From Octopus bimaculoides (lineage: Eukaryota), in NCBI RefSeq assembly GCF_001194135.2, contig NC_068982.1:313488-377487 (forward strand): 64,000 nucleotides of DNA. The letters run 5' to 3'. Position numbers and translations under genes: made by a program. The notes beneath the pieces are model-generated. The model saw only the letters and a program-made list of their open reading frames with translations, ran no database searches and was not told where the DNA came from. Position 1 is the stretch's first letter; every line of letters begins with the position of its first letter. Shown here piece by piece: positions 48,229 through 60,519 of this stretch.

Positions 48229-48398
48229 CACTTTAGAGACACCAGGTCACTTTCATTTTATTGGAAAACCTTAATTAAGATCTGATGTCTCTAAAGTGGA
48301 AATAGAAAGCAATGCCATCTTAATTGGACACTTTAGAGACACCAAATCGTTTTCATCTTATTCACATCTTATCCTTAAGATCTGATGTCTCTAAAGTG
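48229..48398. repeat. Two tandem 70-bp inverted-repeat units with a 100-bp period
   Basis: cactttagagaca ... tgtctctaaagtg at 48229-48298 and 48329-48398. Confidence 0.85.
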
Positions 48399-48974
48399 GA
48401 AATAAATTATTTCTTTTGATTTAGTGGTATGTGAAAACCTGTAGAAAATTACAAATGCGTGCAGTATAGAACTGGTCAGTACTGAAAGCAATGCCATCTT
48501 AATTGGAGAGATTTTCTTGAAAGTTAAGACGAATTGAAGTAGACTCTGGTAAATTTTCCGAAATGTCCCAACTCCAAACCCTCCTAAAATACTCCACCTA
48601 CATGATATAACACATATTCGTAGACAATTTGTTTTCATATTTGTTTCCTACACATTTTTTGTTTTATTTTCACCAAATTTTGAATAACAAAAATTAAATA
48701 CCACAAGGGGGCATCAGGATTTTAGAAATGATTCAGTGGAGCATGGCCAAAAATTGGTTGGGAACCACTGGTCTAAATCCATGTTACCATTTAAACATGG
48801 ATGTAAAATGGTGATGAATTGAAATAATATCTGTTAACTGGCAAAAAAAATAATTGAAGAAGACAAATTACAAAGAAAGAAAATTTCTTTTTAATACTGG
48901 AATTTGTTATGATGAAAAATATTTTTTGTTTATGTTCTTTTTATTTCTTTTCAAAATTCCTCTGGAACTGGTTT

Positions 48975-49145
48975 TTATTGTAATGAGCAGATTGGGCTGC
49001 GAGGAGAGTTTTGAACAGAAGTGACTTTTGGAGAGGATTCACATTCAATGTTTGCAGTAACAACCTGTTGGTGTTGTTCTTTCTCAGCAGCCGTTAACTT
49101 TAACCCCACCAACTCAGCAGCGATTCGTTGGAAGCAGACAGACAC
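48975..49145 (-). CDS. RAB28: RAB28 last coding exon ([14 protein letters not shown]...PICSLQ*)
   Basis: tttag|GTG; ends TGC TCA TTA CAA TAA. Confidence 0.92.
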   Translation of the reverse strand: MSVCFQRIAAELVGLKLTAAEKEQHQQVVTANIECESSPKVTSVQNSPRSPICSLQ

Positions 49146-52100
49146 CTAAAAGGAGAAGAGAGAAAGGAAACAAGAGAAAATCAACTGAAATATGGCTACT
49201 TTCTAAATTATTTAAAATATTCTCGAAAACAGACAACAAAACTCTACTTTTTGCAGGGAGTTAAAAAAAAAGAAAAGAATGAGCCCATAGCAAATTGCTT
49301 TGTTTCAGTCTTTAAACTGGCCATGCTGGAGCACTGCCTTCAAAGGTGTCAACTCCAGGGCTTATTTTTCTTATCTAAGCTTGGTACTTATTCAGTCTCT
49401 TTTTGCTGAACCACAAGGTTACAGGAATATAAACAACCCAACACTTGTCAAGTGGTTTGTATGTGTGTGAGGGACGCGGACGAAGAGACGCACGCTGCGT
49501 TTCTTTTAGTTTTTGCCTATCAAAAGTGCTTGAGGAAACCCATCAAGCCAAGTGAGATCATGGTTGTGGCCAATGCCAGTGTTGCATAACTGGCAAGTAA
49601 AGAGCACGCTTCAAGCGCTGGGTAGGATGCTATGCTTGAGAAGACCTGTGAAGCCAAGTGAAACCATAGTCATGGCTGATGCCAGTGCTGTCAGACTGGC
49701 ACCTGTGCTGGTGGCACACAAAAAGCAGTTTGAGCATTGGGCCTCATGGAGACAGTGACAGGTGACAGACCTTTGGCAATATACCGTGCTTGTATAGACC
49801 TGTTTTGCCAAGTGAGATTGTAGCCATGGCTGATGCTGGTGTCATGTCAACGGCACCCATGCCAGTGGCATATAAAGAACATCCATTACACTCTTGGAGT
49901 GCTTGACATTGGGAAGGGCATCCAGCCATAGAAACCATGCCAAATCAGATTGGAACCTGGTGCAGCTCCTTGCCTTATCAGTTTTCAGTCAAACCATCCA
50001 ACCCATGCCAGCATGGAAAACAAACGTTAAAGGATGATAATGATGGTGTGTTATATGAAGGTTCGCCTAATTCTATAAGACATCCATTTGATCCAAAATA
50101 TCTCTTTCCATATATATATATATATATATATATGTACAGAATTCCAATTTTCCTACCATCACCATCAATAAACCAACAGATGACATCTTTTATAGATTCT
50201 TATTACTTAGATTTATTCATCTGGAGGAATTTTCTTTCTTATTTGAACGAAATGTTTACCTCTTGTTGTGACTCATAATACTATTTCTGAAAGTTTGTGC
50301 AATTTGTTACATGAATATTTCAGTTATTTGCTGTCTCAGCCATAACAATAGTTAAGCAACTGATAACAAATCACCCTCTGATTGCCATTCCCTTTCTAAA
50401 GACGTTAAGGAACATCAAGCAAGTTTTAGCATATCCTCTTCCAGAGAATGATATGCTTTAACATGTTTCAGAATTGTGTTTCAATGGCTGATTGTGAAGT
50501 TGAAGGAGAAAATTTATAGAAAGACACTGTAGGAGGTTTTAGAAATAATAATTAGCAATTTACTGTACAAACACGCTACAAGTGGGGGGTGGGGGGACTC
50601 ATTAAATTTATGTCATGATACAATGTAGCCATAAAGTCTTACAAAATATGAATTGTTTTAATTAAGTTAGTATGATCAATGATTAATCTTTTATTTACAT
50701 ATTCATTAACATTATTATATAAACGAACTTACATATTCACCAGTCTTTGCACTAATAAAGTGGTTGGACATATTATGATCTGCAGCAAACTTGACATGCC
50801 TTTCTTCACTGACAGCTCTGACATGTTCAAGATCAACTGAAAAAGCAAACAGCAAACCATAATCGAAATTGTTGCTGTTCAGCCAGAGTCTGGGACTGTC
50901 CTTATATATACGGGTTGAGCCTTTTTGCAATTAAGCAGCCACTCTTATGTCTTGAACTTTCCTAATCATTTCTACAGCTCTGCTTTGAGTGTTTTTTTCA
51001 TTTCTTGTTTTGTCTGTTTCTGCTGTGTTATGTCCAGGGGGTATGGGTAGATACAGTTCCCCAGGACTTTGCAAGCACCTCTGGACAAATGAAGTGTGAG
51101 AAAAAGGGACAGCGCAAAGTTTGGGATAGGCGGGATGGAGAATGGCAGAGAAGCAGGTGCAGTGGGTAAACTTTGGTGAGCTCAGGGCTGAAGGAGATGA
51201 CATTTGCCTAAGGAGTCATGCAGTGGGACTGAATGTGAAGCCACATGGTTGGGAAGCAAACTGTTGAACCACACAGCCATGTCTGTACATATGGGCTGGC
51301 AAAAAAAAAGAACTGTTTGTTCACAATGAACTTGAAGCACTCTGATAAGTGGTGGCTAACCTCAATCTGTTCCTTGTGCATTCATACTTGTTAGATGCTT
51401 GACATTTCAATGTAGTTTGACACAAACTTGTAACGAGAGACAAGTTGTATTTTGTCTGCTTGGGGAATCAACAGGTCAGGCTTTTCTATTTTAAAAAGAG
51501 CAACAAGGTGATGACGAGAGGATGTTATGGAATGTGTGTGCCAGAAGTGGTTTTCAAGAGTTTGACTGGCCAAGTGAGAGCAACAAAAATGAAGGGGCAG
51601 CTTGACACTGACCCCGGTTATAAGACCAGGATGAACATGGATGTTCTCTAAATATCCAAACTGAGTGTTGAAAACCATCTACATCATCTTGGTTACATCA
51701 GTAGGTCCAATGGTTTGGGGCTCACATCGATTGAATGAGACTAACCTTGACCAATGAATTTTCATCTCTGATTCAGAAACATGAAGAATGAACAATGTAT
51801 TTTTAGGAAAATGGTGGCAGAGGACAAAAGAATGGATCATCTTTAACAATGTGAAGTGCAGATGGTCATGAGGCAAGTATGGTGAACCATCAGAAACAAC
51901 CTCTAAAAGCAGGATTTTACTTGAAGAAAGTTATCGGGGTGGGGTGGGGAATAGTGTTGTCTTTTATGAGTGTCTTCCCTTGGACATGACCATCAATTCA
52001 TATGTGTACAGTGACCAGCTGGACAAGTTAAATGCATTGAGCCACCAGAAACATCCAGCACTTGCTAACTGTAAGAACATTTTCTTTTGTGATGACAATG

Positions 52101-54441
52101 CCAGATCGTAAACTTCTTTCAGACAAAGCAAAAGTTATTGGAGCATGACTGAGAAGTTTTGATGTATCCTCCATATTCACCTGAACTGGTGCTTTCAGAT
52201 TCCCCACTGTTTTGGTCTCTTCACAATTCATTGAATGGACAGACCATCAAATCTGAAGAGGATGTGAAAATTAATCTGAAAGAGTTTTTCACCAGTAACG
52301 ATAGGAAATTCATTGAGCAGGGAATAATGGATCTGCCTACAAGATGGCAGAGGATACGGGAGCAAACCCCTTATTATATCAATGATTGAACAAACTGCTT
52401 TGTGCTTAAAACTTGCCTTATTTGTGTTTAAAATCTCATTTTGAGCAACTCAGTATATCATCATCAACACCATTTAGCATCTGCTTTCCATGCTGGCATA
52501 GATTAGATGGGTTGTTTGGAGTTGGTAAACCAGAGAGCTGCACCAAGTTCTGGTTTGGCATGGTTTCTATGGCTGGATGCCCTTCCTAATGCCAACCACT
52601 CCAAAGAGTGTAATGGGTGCTTTTTACCTGCCACTGGCACGGGTGCTTTTGTGTGCCACTGGTACAGGGGCTTTTACATACCACCAGCATGGGTGCCAGT
52701 TATGTCACACTGGCGTTGGCCATGATTCCACTCGACTTCTCAAGCACAGCATATTGCCAAAAGTCTCAGTCATTTGTCATCACTTCCATGAGGCCCAACA
52801 TTCAAAGATCATGCTTCACCACCTTGTCCCACATCTTCCTGGGTCTACCTCTTTCACAGTTAGAGATTGGCACTTCTTTACAGAGCTGTTCTCGTCCATA
52901 CACATCACATGACCATACCAGCATAGTTGTCTCTCTCTCTTGTACACCAAACCTAATGCCTCTTAAGCCCAATTTTTCTCTCAGGACACTCACACTCTGT
53001 TGTACACACACACTGACATTACACATCCAGCAAAGCATACCAGCTTCATTTCTTACAAGCTTATACATGTCCTCACTGGTCACAGCCCATGTTTCACTGC
53101 TATGGAGCACAACTACTACTAGATGTGTCCCCACTGGCATTTGATGGAGTCTATTTTCTGTACATTTCAAGTGTTTATTGTAGCTGTGTATCTGCTCCAC
53201 CCCACACACAGACTATTTTCCCTGTCAACCTTCTTCTGATATTGCTGCACCTCGTATGTGTCCATAGCCATTTCTATATATGGAGTAGGGCCATCTACCT
53301 GAAGGGACTTATAATTTGTCTGCTTTCTTATTATCTAAGACTTTGTTTTTTGCAAGATTAACTCTAAGGCCCTTTGATTCTAGACCTTGCTTCCACTCCT
53401 AAAATTTCTTCTCTAGTTCTGGAAGTGATTCAGCTATGAGAACAAGATCATTAGCATAGAGGAGTTCCCAGAGGCAGCCTGACTTAAATTCCTCTGTTAT
53501 TGCCTGGAAGACTATGATGAACAAGAAGGGGGCTGAGGACTGATCCTTGGTGAACCCCTACTTGTATCCTGAACTTTACCTTACTGACAGCATCTCTGTA
53601 TATGGCTTGTACAGCTCTCACCAACCACTCATCTACCCTTAGTTTCTGCACTGAGCACAAGATAAAGGAGCAGGGAACACTGTCAGAAGCTTTTTCCATG
53701 TCAACAAAAGCCAGTTACAGGGGTTTATTTCTGACAAAGTATATACATACCTTGTCAAAAATAAACCCGTGTAATTGGCTTTTGTGTGTGTGTGAGGAGC
53801 AAACATGACTGTTGTTAAGAAGTTTGCTTTGTTATCATGTCATGACTGAAATTAGTAGATGAAACTGTGCAGAAGCCTGTTTCACATACACATGTGTGCA
53901 TTTGTGTCCACATGTCTTTGCTCGACATCATTTTAGTGGCTATGTTTATGCTTTCCATAAACAAAAATGTCTGGCAGTGGTTTGGTGTGTGAAGACAAGG
54001 AAAAAAAAGCAGACATAAAATGCTGCTGCTGATGATGATGATGATGTGTGTGTTTTATTTCCCCATCACCTGTGCCGATTGCATCATCTTTATCACTTCC
54101 TTCATAAGTGACTGCATCAAACTGTCTGCACCCAATATACTCTAACTTCCATGTTTTTATACATTACTTACCATCATGTTCCCTACCCTGGCCAACCGAC
54201 CACCTCCTCCTGCCTTTGTTCATGTCAGGGACCCAATGTTTCCTCTGCATGTTAACTAAAAGAAGGATTTGCACCCCAACCTCATAAAACCCTACTCACC
54301 AGTAACCACTACTCAAACAGAGCCCTGGGTTGGAAGGTTGTCGCCTGGGTGGTGCAACGGTGTCATCTGGCAGGAGCAGTAGGAGGAAATCACCAACAAA
54401 TGCTGGATGAAGCAACACACTGTTGCAATGCATTCTCCCCA

Positions 54442-54483
<42 letters not shown>

Positions 54484-57400
54484 GCCCTGAATTTGGAGCC
54501 CAACTGTAAAGAAGTTTGTTCCCTGTGAACTGTGAAGGAAGGCAACATTAATTGCACTTGACTGGTGAAGAAAAGAGACTTTGTCCAGTAACGCAGGAAG
54601 CAACTAAATCATGATGTAGTTTGTAATGAAATGCCAAACGTGATTATGGAATATTGACTCTGCAACATTGACTTTAATATACAAACTCTTTCTAATTATT
54701 TTCATGCTAAATAATTTGACAGGAGAAGAGTATCAATCGTTAGTACTCAACAGCAACAATGGCACAAGTTGAATTCCCGAGACAACTAAACTAACTCAAT
54801 GTCTTTCATTGTGTGATTAAATTACAGCAAGCATCACTGCCATGCCCCTACAAACACAAATGTTCAAAGATCAATAGTTACCTTTGTTTCCAACGAGTGC
54901 CAAATGTGATGGAGATTTCCCACTGTGGAGACTGGATCTGTTAATAGTTAGCAACCAATCTTCCAGGTTCTCAAAGCTGATATAATTGGTAATGTCATAA
55001 ACCAAAATAATTCCCTTTGAATTGGATTAAAAAAAACAAACAAAAACAAAACACAAAATTGGGGGGGAGGCTAAAATTCCATTTTTCAGGACAGTATTAG
55101 CTTGAATATATTGGTAATACAGTATCAGTCAACATGTAGTAAATCTTCCTTGAATGTAGCTATTATTCTTAACTCCTTAGTCTTTCTCATCATCATTTAG
55201 TGCTCACTTTCCCATGCATGCCTGAGTCAGGTGGAGTTTATTTGAGGCAGATTTTCTATGGTCAAATGCCCATTCTTGACACCACCCTCCCCTATTCCCA
55301 AGCAAGCTAATATTTTCCCAGAATATTGGCAACAAGTGAAACTGCTTGTATGACAGTAACACTCACAACCCTCAAGCAATGCCAAAGAAGCACACACACA
55401 GAGTTTCCATCAACCAAATCCACTCATAAGGTTTTAGTCAGCCTGGGGCTACAACAGAAGACACTTGTCCAAGGTGCCATGCAGTGGGATTGAACCCAGA
55501 ACCATGCTATACTGCAACTGTTGCCAAATCCTGAACCACATGAAATTGCAATTCAAATAATGTTACAGTCAAGAGTCAAAAACTGGAACTAATTTTTTTT
55601 CCATGGGTATTTATAAGCCTGCAATGTGATTAGATGATGCTTATTGGGTTGGGTAGGGGTAGAATATCTGCTGGTGTTAATATATTCAATGAACAAGCAG
55701 ATATGCTTCAACTATTTTATAAAAGTTTTCTTTTTTATAGCTTAGCCAAATCGGAAAGAGATATGTCCACAACTCTCGCTGGCCCTTCAGCATTGGTCAG
55801 CTTCATACAGCAGAGCGAAAGCTGTATCTGGATGTCTACTGAAAACGTGTGGACAGGAGAGTAAAGCCAGAGGGTAGGTATTTTGAGGATGAGGAATTAG
55901 GTGTATTGTTTAGCTCGAGCAGCAGAAAAGAAGTCAGTATGGGTGATGAGATGAAGAGAAGTGCGTGTGTTGGGTAAAATTAAAAGAGTATAAAAAATCA
56001 GTGAGCTGAGAGAAGCAGAGGTTGTTGCAGTAGAAAAGGTGAGAGGGGTGCAATGGGAAGTTAAAATTTCCTTGCTGGACATTGTTAACAGGAACTCGGG
56101 GAGGATATATAAGTGGTGGGCTCTTGAAATGTGTTGGGGAGGAGTCTCAGCTGTGAGGTTCCTTGTGGTACAGGTGAACTCAGACATTCTTTCGGGTATC
56201 CCTTCTTCTATGGACGATATTACATGGATAGCAGTTCAACTGGTCATTACTTGTTGACATGAATCTGCTCTTAAGAAGCCATTCCGGAGGAGATCAGCAT
56301 TACCTGTGGGTTAGAGATTAAAGTACGAAGGTTCTTATTAATGAGTTAGATGGCTTTTTGGTGTTCTAAGATCTTTGTGTCTTTCTTTAGCAGCATCGTT
56401 TTAGATGTGGGAGCAATCTTCCATTGTCAGGATCACCAAACTTTGTAGAGTCAGCCATTGTTCAGGAATGAAGTACGTTGGACTTTGGTTTGTATTATGT
56501 TAATGAATGAAAGGTAATCAAGAGAGATCGTTAATAATTGGAAGCATTTGTGCAGTGAGAGGTACAAGCATGGATGGGTGCACAAGGAGCTTGCTTTGTA
56601 GCCATGGGATCTCAGGTTCAATGCTGTGTCTTGGCACAAGTGTCTTCTACTATAGCCCCAGGTTGGCCAACCTTGTGAATGGATTTGGTAGATGGAAACT
56701 AAAAAAAAGTTTAAATTGTGTGCATGTGTGTATACACATATACATTTACATACACAACACCTATGTATGTATGTCTGTATGTACCTTGTACTGACATCAT
56801 GTGATGGTTGTAAACAAGCGTTACTGTCATACTAACAATGATATTCATTTCCAGTTTTCTGTAAGAAACATGTCTGGCCACTGGGAAATATTACCTTGCT
56901 TGGAAAGGGGTAAGAGTTAGGAGCAGGAAGGGCATCCAGCAGTTGAAAATCTGCCTCAACAAATTCTGTCTGACCCATGCAAGCATGGAAAAGTGGGTGT
57001 TAAATGATGATAATGATGATGACTATCTTTAAACTGTTGATGGAGACAAATTGGAGAATGTTTTTTGAGGTCTCTGGTGTGGAAACAGCGAAGGAAGAAT
57101 GAAGAATTACATGAGAAGGTTGTTAATATACAAGAGGAGAATACAAGAATTGATGAGTGCATCAGAGAGAGAGAGAGAGAGAGAGAGTCTAAAAACATGC
57201 AAGATAACCAAGAAATTCTTAAGCCACAAACAATCAAATGCTTTGTTATGAGATTGTTTTCACAAAATATTTTTGCTGAATCTGAATTTTTAGTTGAAAC
57301 AGAAAAGAAATACAATTTGATCTAAATTTTGCATTTTTTTTTACTAGTATAATAGTAATAATAGTGATTTTCTTATACAAGTGTCTTTGATGGGTTCATA

Positions 57401-59664
57401 GACTAATGTGGGAATTTCTGTCACTATTTATAAATTTATGGAAAAAAGAAAACAAGCCTTACCTGTGCACCATAAATGTAATTTTCCAGCATGCTGCTCC
57501 CTAAACAGATCCCACTGATATCCCAGATTTGCAGTACCACATTCATTTGACCTGAAACAGAAAGTACAATTCCAAAAGTACTTTAGGATAAGAGGAGATA
57601 AACAAGTCACTGATGGCATTCAAAAGGTTTACAAAAGTTTGCATCAAGTTTTTTTTCTAAAATTCCACAAATTCCACAGAACCAGGAATGAAATTTCATT
57701 GCTTCTTTGCATTGTGGAGATTATCTGAATATAAACAGATTGGGAAAAGAAGTTAACAGGAAGTTTCTACTACAGCAGTTGGATGAAATCTGATACAGGA
57801 GACCAACAGGTGAATCCCAGGTGACCAATTTCAAGTCCTCAGGGAAGGGAAGTTGACTAAAATAATAATAATAATTTGAACCAATTAAGTTGCAGAATCA
57901 CACTGAACAATTTTTCATTTTGAGATAATCCTGAACTTTACCAGACTGTAAAACAGTTAAAAAAGAAATCCTAAGCAAAACGAAAAACCAAGTGAGCTCT
58001 GAACTTAGGCAAATGCCCCAATAAGCAAATAGCTGAAATTCTCTTCAACATTGGAAGATGTGGGACGAAGTGGTGAGAAAGGATCTACAGACATTGAGAC
58101 TCAAAGAGGGGGTGATAGGGGACAAAGACTGCTGGTGGTTTGCTGTACTTGAAAGGACACATCAAGCTAAGTAAAAGCATGGTGGTCCTTGCATACAGGC
58201 CGTCCCCTGCATCCCTAACCTTGTGGGCTCATGGGTGCTGAGGCCACATAAAAAGCACCTGCACTAGTGCCATGTAAACGCACCCAGCACACTCTGTAAA
58301 TTGGTTGGCATTAGGAAGGACATCCAGTAGTAGAAACCATGCCAAATCAGACAACTGGAGCCGAGACAGCACTTCAGCTGGCCAGCTCCTGCCAAACCGT
58401 CCAACCCATGCCAGCATGGAAAATGGACATTAAATGATGATGATGATATATAGAGAAACATAGACACACATACGATATATCGAGAACGTTAAATGATAAA
58501 TTCTAGGCATGTGTCTGTGTTTGTCCCTCCCCTGCCACTGCCTGACAACAACCTGAGATACTTTGTTTACATCCCAGTCACTTAGGTCGATAGAAAAAGT
58601 ATCCGGCTTTAAGTACTGGTGTCAATTCAGTTGACTAAAGAGATGCTTCAAGTCGGTGCCCCAGTATGGCCACAGCCTAATGACTGAAACAAGTAAAAGA
58701 TAAAAGGTAAAATAATAATTATCGTTATTTCAATTTGCATTTAGTTACATGAAAATATTAGCTTGAAATTTCTTCCTGTATTTGTTATATTGGTTTCAAA
58801 ATATAGCACAAGGCCAGCATTTACAGGGGAGGGAGTAACTTGGTTACATCAACACCAGTGTGCAACTGGTACTTATTTTACTGGCCCCAAAAGTGGATCT
58901 CAGCAGAATTTCAACTCAGAATATAAGGATGGATGAAATATTGCTTAGCATTTTACCTGCTCTGCTAATGATTTTCACCTGGCCTGCTAATGATTTTCAC
59001 CTGATCTGCTAATGATTTTCATCTGGTCTGGTCTGCTAATAATTTTTACCTGCCAGAAGGTTGCACCAGGCTCAATCTGATCTGGCAAACTTTCTACAGC
59101 TGGATGCCCTTCGTAACGCCAACTACTTCGAGAGTGTAGCGGGTGTTTTTACGTGCCACCAGCACAAGAGCCAGTCAGGCGGTTCTGGCAATGACCACGC
59201 TTAAAAGGTGCTTTTTACATGCTATCTGCACAGGAGCCAGTCTGGCGGCACTGGCAATGACCATGCTCAAATGTTGTTTTTCACGTGCCAGTGGCACATG
59301 TGCCAGTAAGGCGACACTGGCAACAATCACACTCGAATGGTGCTTTTTGCATGCCACTGTCACGGGAGCCAATCCGTGGCCCTGGCAATGATCACACTCG
59401 GATGCGCTTTTAACATTCCACTGTCATGAGTGCCAATCAGGTGGTACTGTCATCAGCCATGTCAGCGATTTTGATTTCACTTGCCTCAATAGGTCTACAT
59501 AGGCGTAGCAGTGGCTGTGTGGTAAGTAGCTTGCTTACGAATCACATGGTTCCAGGTTCAGTCCCACTGTGTGGCACCTTGGGCAAGTGTCTTCTACTAT
59601 AGCCTCGGGCCGACCAAAGCCTTGTGAGTGGATTTGGTAGACGGAAACTGAAAGAAGCCCGTCT

Positions 59665-59703
<39 letters not shown>

Positions 59704-60519
59704 GTATGTATGTGTGTGTATATGTTTGTGTGTCTGTGTTTGTCCTCCCTAACATTGCTTGACAACCAATGCTGGTGTGTTTACATCCCCGTAACTTAGC
59801 AGTTCGGCAAAAGACACCGATAGAATAAGTACTCGGCTTACAAATAATAAGTCCTGGGATCGATTTGCTTGACTAAAGGCGGTGCTCCAGCATGGCTGCA
59901 GTCAAATGACTGAAACAAGTAAAAGAGTATAGGAGATAAACGATGGGCTTCTTAAAGTTTCCATTTACCAAATCCACTCATAAGGCTTTAGTAGGCCCAG
60001 GGCCCGCCCATAATGCTATGCAGTGGGTCTGAACCTGAAACGACATTGTTGGGAAGTGAACTTCTTAAGTACACAGCAGCTATGCATACCTGTGCAAATT
60101 TTTTAACAAAATAAGACATTGTTGCACCTGGAGATGAATCCTACCCAAGTTCAATGGGGCATCATTGACTCAGATATTGTCATTTTATCTTCATGCTATA
60201 CCCATGCCATACTTAATATTTTATCCATAAAAAGGATTTGAAATCACACAACTAAATGAACTGGGTCATTTGAGAGTGAACAATGCAAGCTGTTGACCTA
60301 TCAGCAAACAATTTGTGACTGAGTTGGCCAACAGGATTTGTTTAATCTCTACTGACATTGACAACAAAAAAAAAAAAAAAAAAAAAAGAATATCTAGAAA
60401 ATGAAAAACAAATATCACTTACCCCTTAGAATTATTCTTTTCAAATAAAAGTCTACTCCCATCGTTTTTTTATATTCTTTCCAGAAATTGTCCTGGGTGT
60501 ATCGAGTTGCTATGGAAGT
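48975..60519 (-). CDS. RAB28: Rab28-like small GTPase, 5'-partial (5 exons, 197 aa), C-terminal CAAX CSLQ
   Basis: Exons chain in frame (594 nt). Similar to human RAB28 from recall: YIYGAQ|[25 protein letters not shown]|[30 protein letters not shown] end (a Rab28 hallmark). Exon boundaries are at equivalent positions. Confidence 0.92.
49520..50045 (+). mobile_element. RTE 3' UTR, decayed, with tail
   Basis: Tandem units plus ccaacccatgccagcatgg..gatgataatgat. Confidence 0.72.
50733..50836 (-). CDS. RAB28: RAB28 exon ([14 protein letters not shown]...[10 protein letters not shown])
   Basis: tttcag|TT ... TAT|gtaag; G4/G5 motifs. Confidence 0.93.
51290..52455 (+). mobile_element. Near full-length decayed mariner transposon
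   Basis: [26 protein letters not shown]...[15 protein letters not shown] at 52091; degenerate TIRs ta-tgggctggcaaaa / ttttgagcaactcag-ta. Confidence 0.85.
52457..53710 (-). mobile_element. RTE LINE fragment including the RT core, deleted
   Basis: [41 protein letters not shown], tail at 52457. Confidence 0.88.
54882..55014 (-). CDS. RAB28: RAB28 exon ([20 protein letters not shown]...LALVGNK)
   Basis: tcaaag|GGA ... G|gtaac. Confidence 0.93.
55190..55510 (-). mobile_element. tRNA-head SINE with RTE-type tail
   Basis: Reverse of the 56575-57020 architecture. Confidence 0.7.
55900..56440. repeat. Unclassified interspersed repeat, copy 2 (possibly a Penelope relic)
   Basis: Homologous to 13780-14230. 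Confidence 0.55.
56575..57020 (+). mobile_element. Chimeric SINE: tRNA head, CORE-like segment, microsatellite, RTE-type tail
   Basis: ggttcaat B box, caagtgtcttctactatagcc, aggaagggcatccagc..ccatgcaagcatgg..(GAT)n. Confidence 0.78.
57463..57551 (-). CDS. RAB28: RAB28 exon ([29 protein letters not shown])
   Basis: ttcag|GT ... CAG|gtaag; G3/switch II. Confidence 0.92.
58050..58450 (+). mobile_element. RTE 3' end, decayed
   Basis: tgggacgaagtggtgagaaaggatct (WDEVVRKD) plus tail. Confidence 0.75.
58830..59052 (-). mobile_element. Meta-like SINE with a tandemly amplified 5' end
   Basis: Reverse of the 43575 family; 22-23-bp units ctgctaatgattttcacctg at 58951-59052. Confidence 0.6.
59055..59500 (-). 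mobile_element. RTE 3' UTR with an expanded tandem hairpin array
   Basis: About 5-6 units of gccagtca/ggcgg..ctggcaatgacca..cgaatggtgctttt. Confidence 0.75.
59500..59930 (+). mobile_element. Full-length tRNA-derived SINE with a CORE-like segment and internal (TA/TG)n
   Basis: A box tggctgtgtggt, B box ggttcagtccc, ccttgggcaagt (MIR-CORE-like), tail gaaacaagtaaaagag. Confidence 0.85.
60423..60519 (-). CDS. RAB28: RAB28 exon ([32 protein letters not shown])
   Basis: ttgcag|ACT ... G|gtaag; switch I Thr. Confidence 0.9.

Noticed and set aside
57065-57325. 86-aa plus-strand ORF
   Set aside because: Spans an (AG)n microsatellite; no splice signals or homology.
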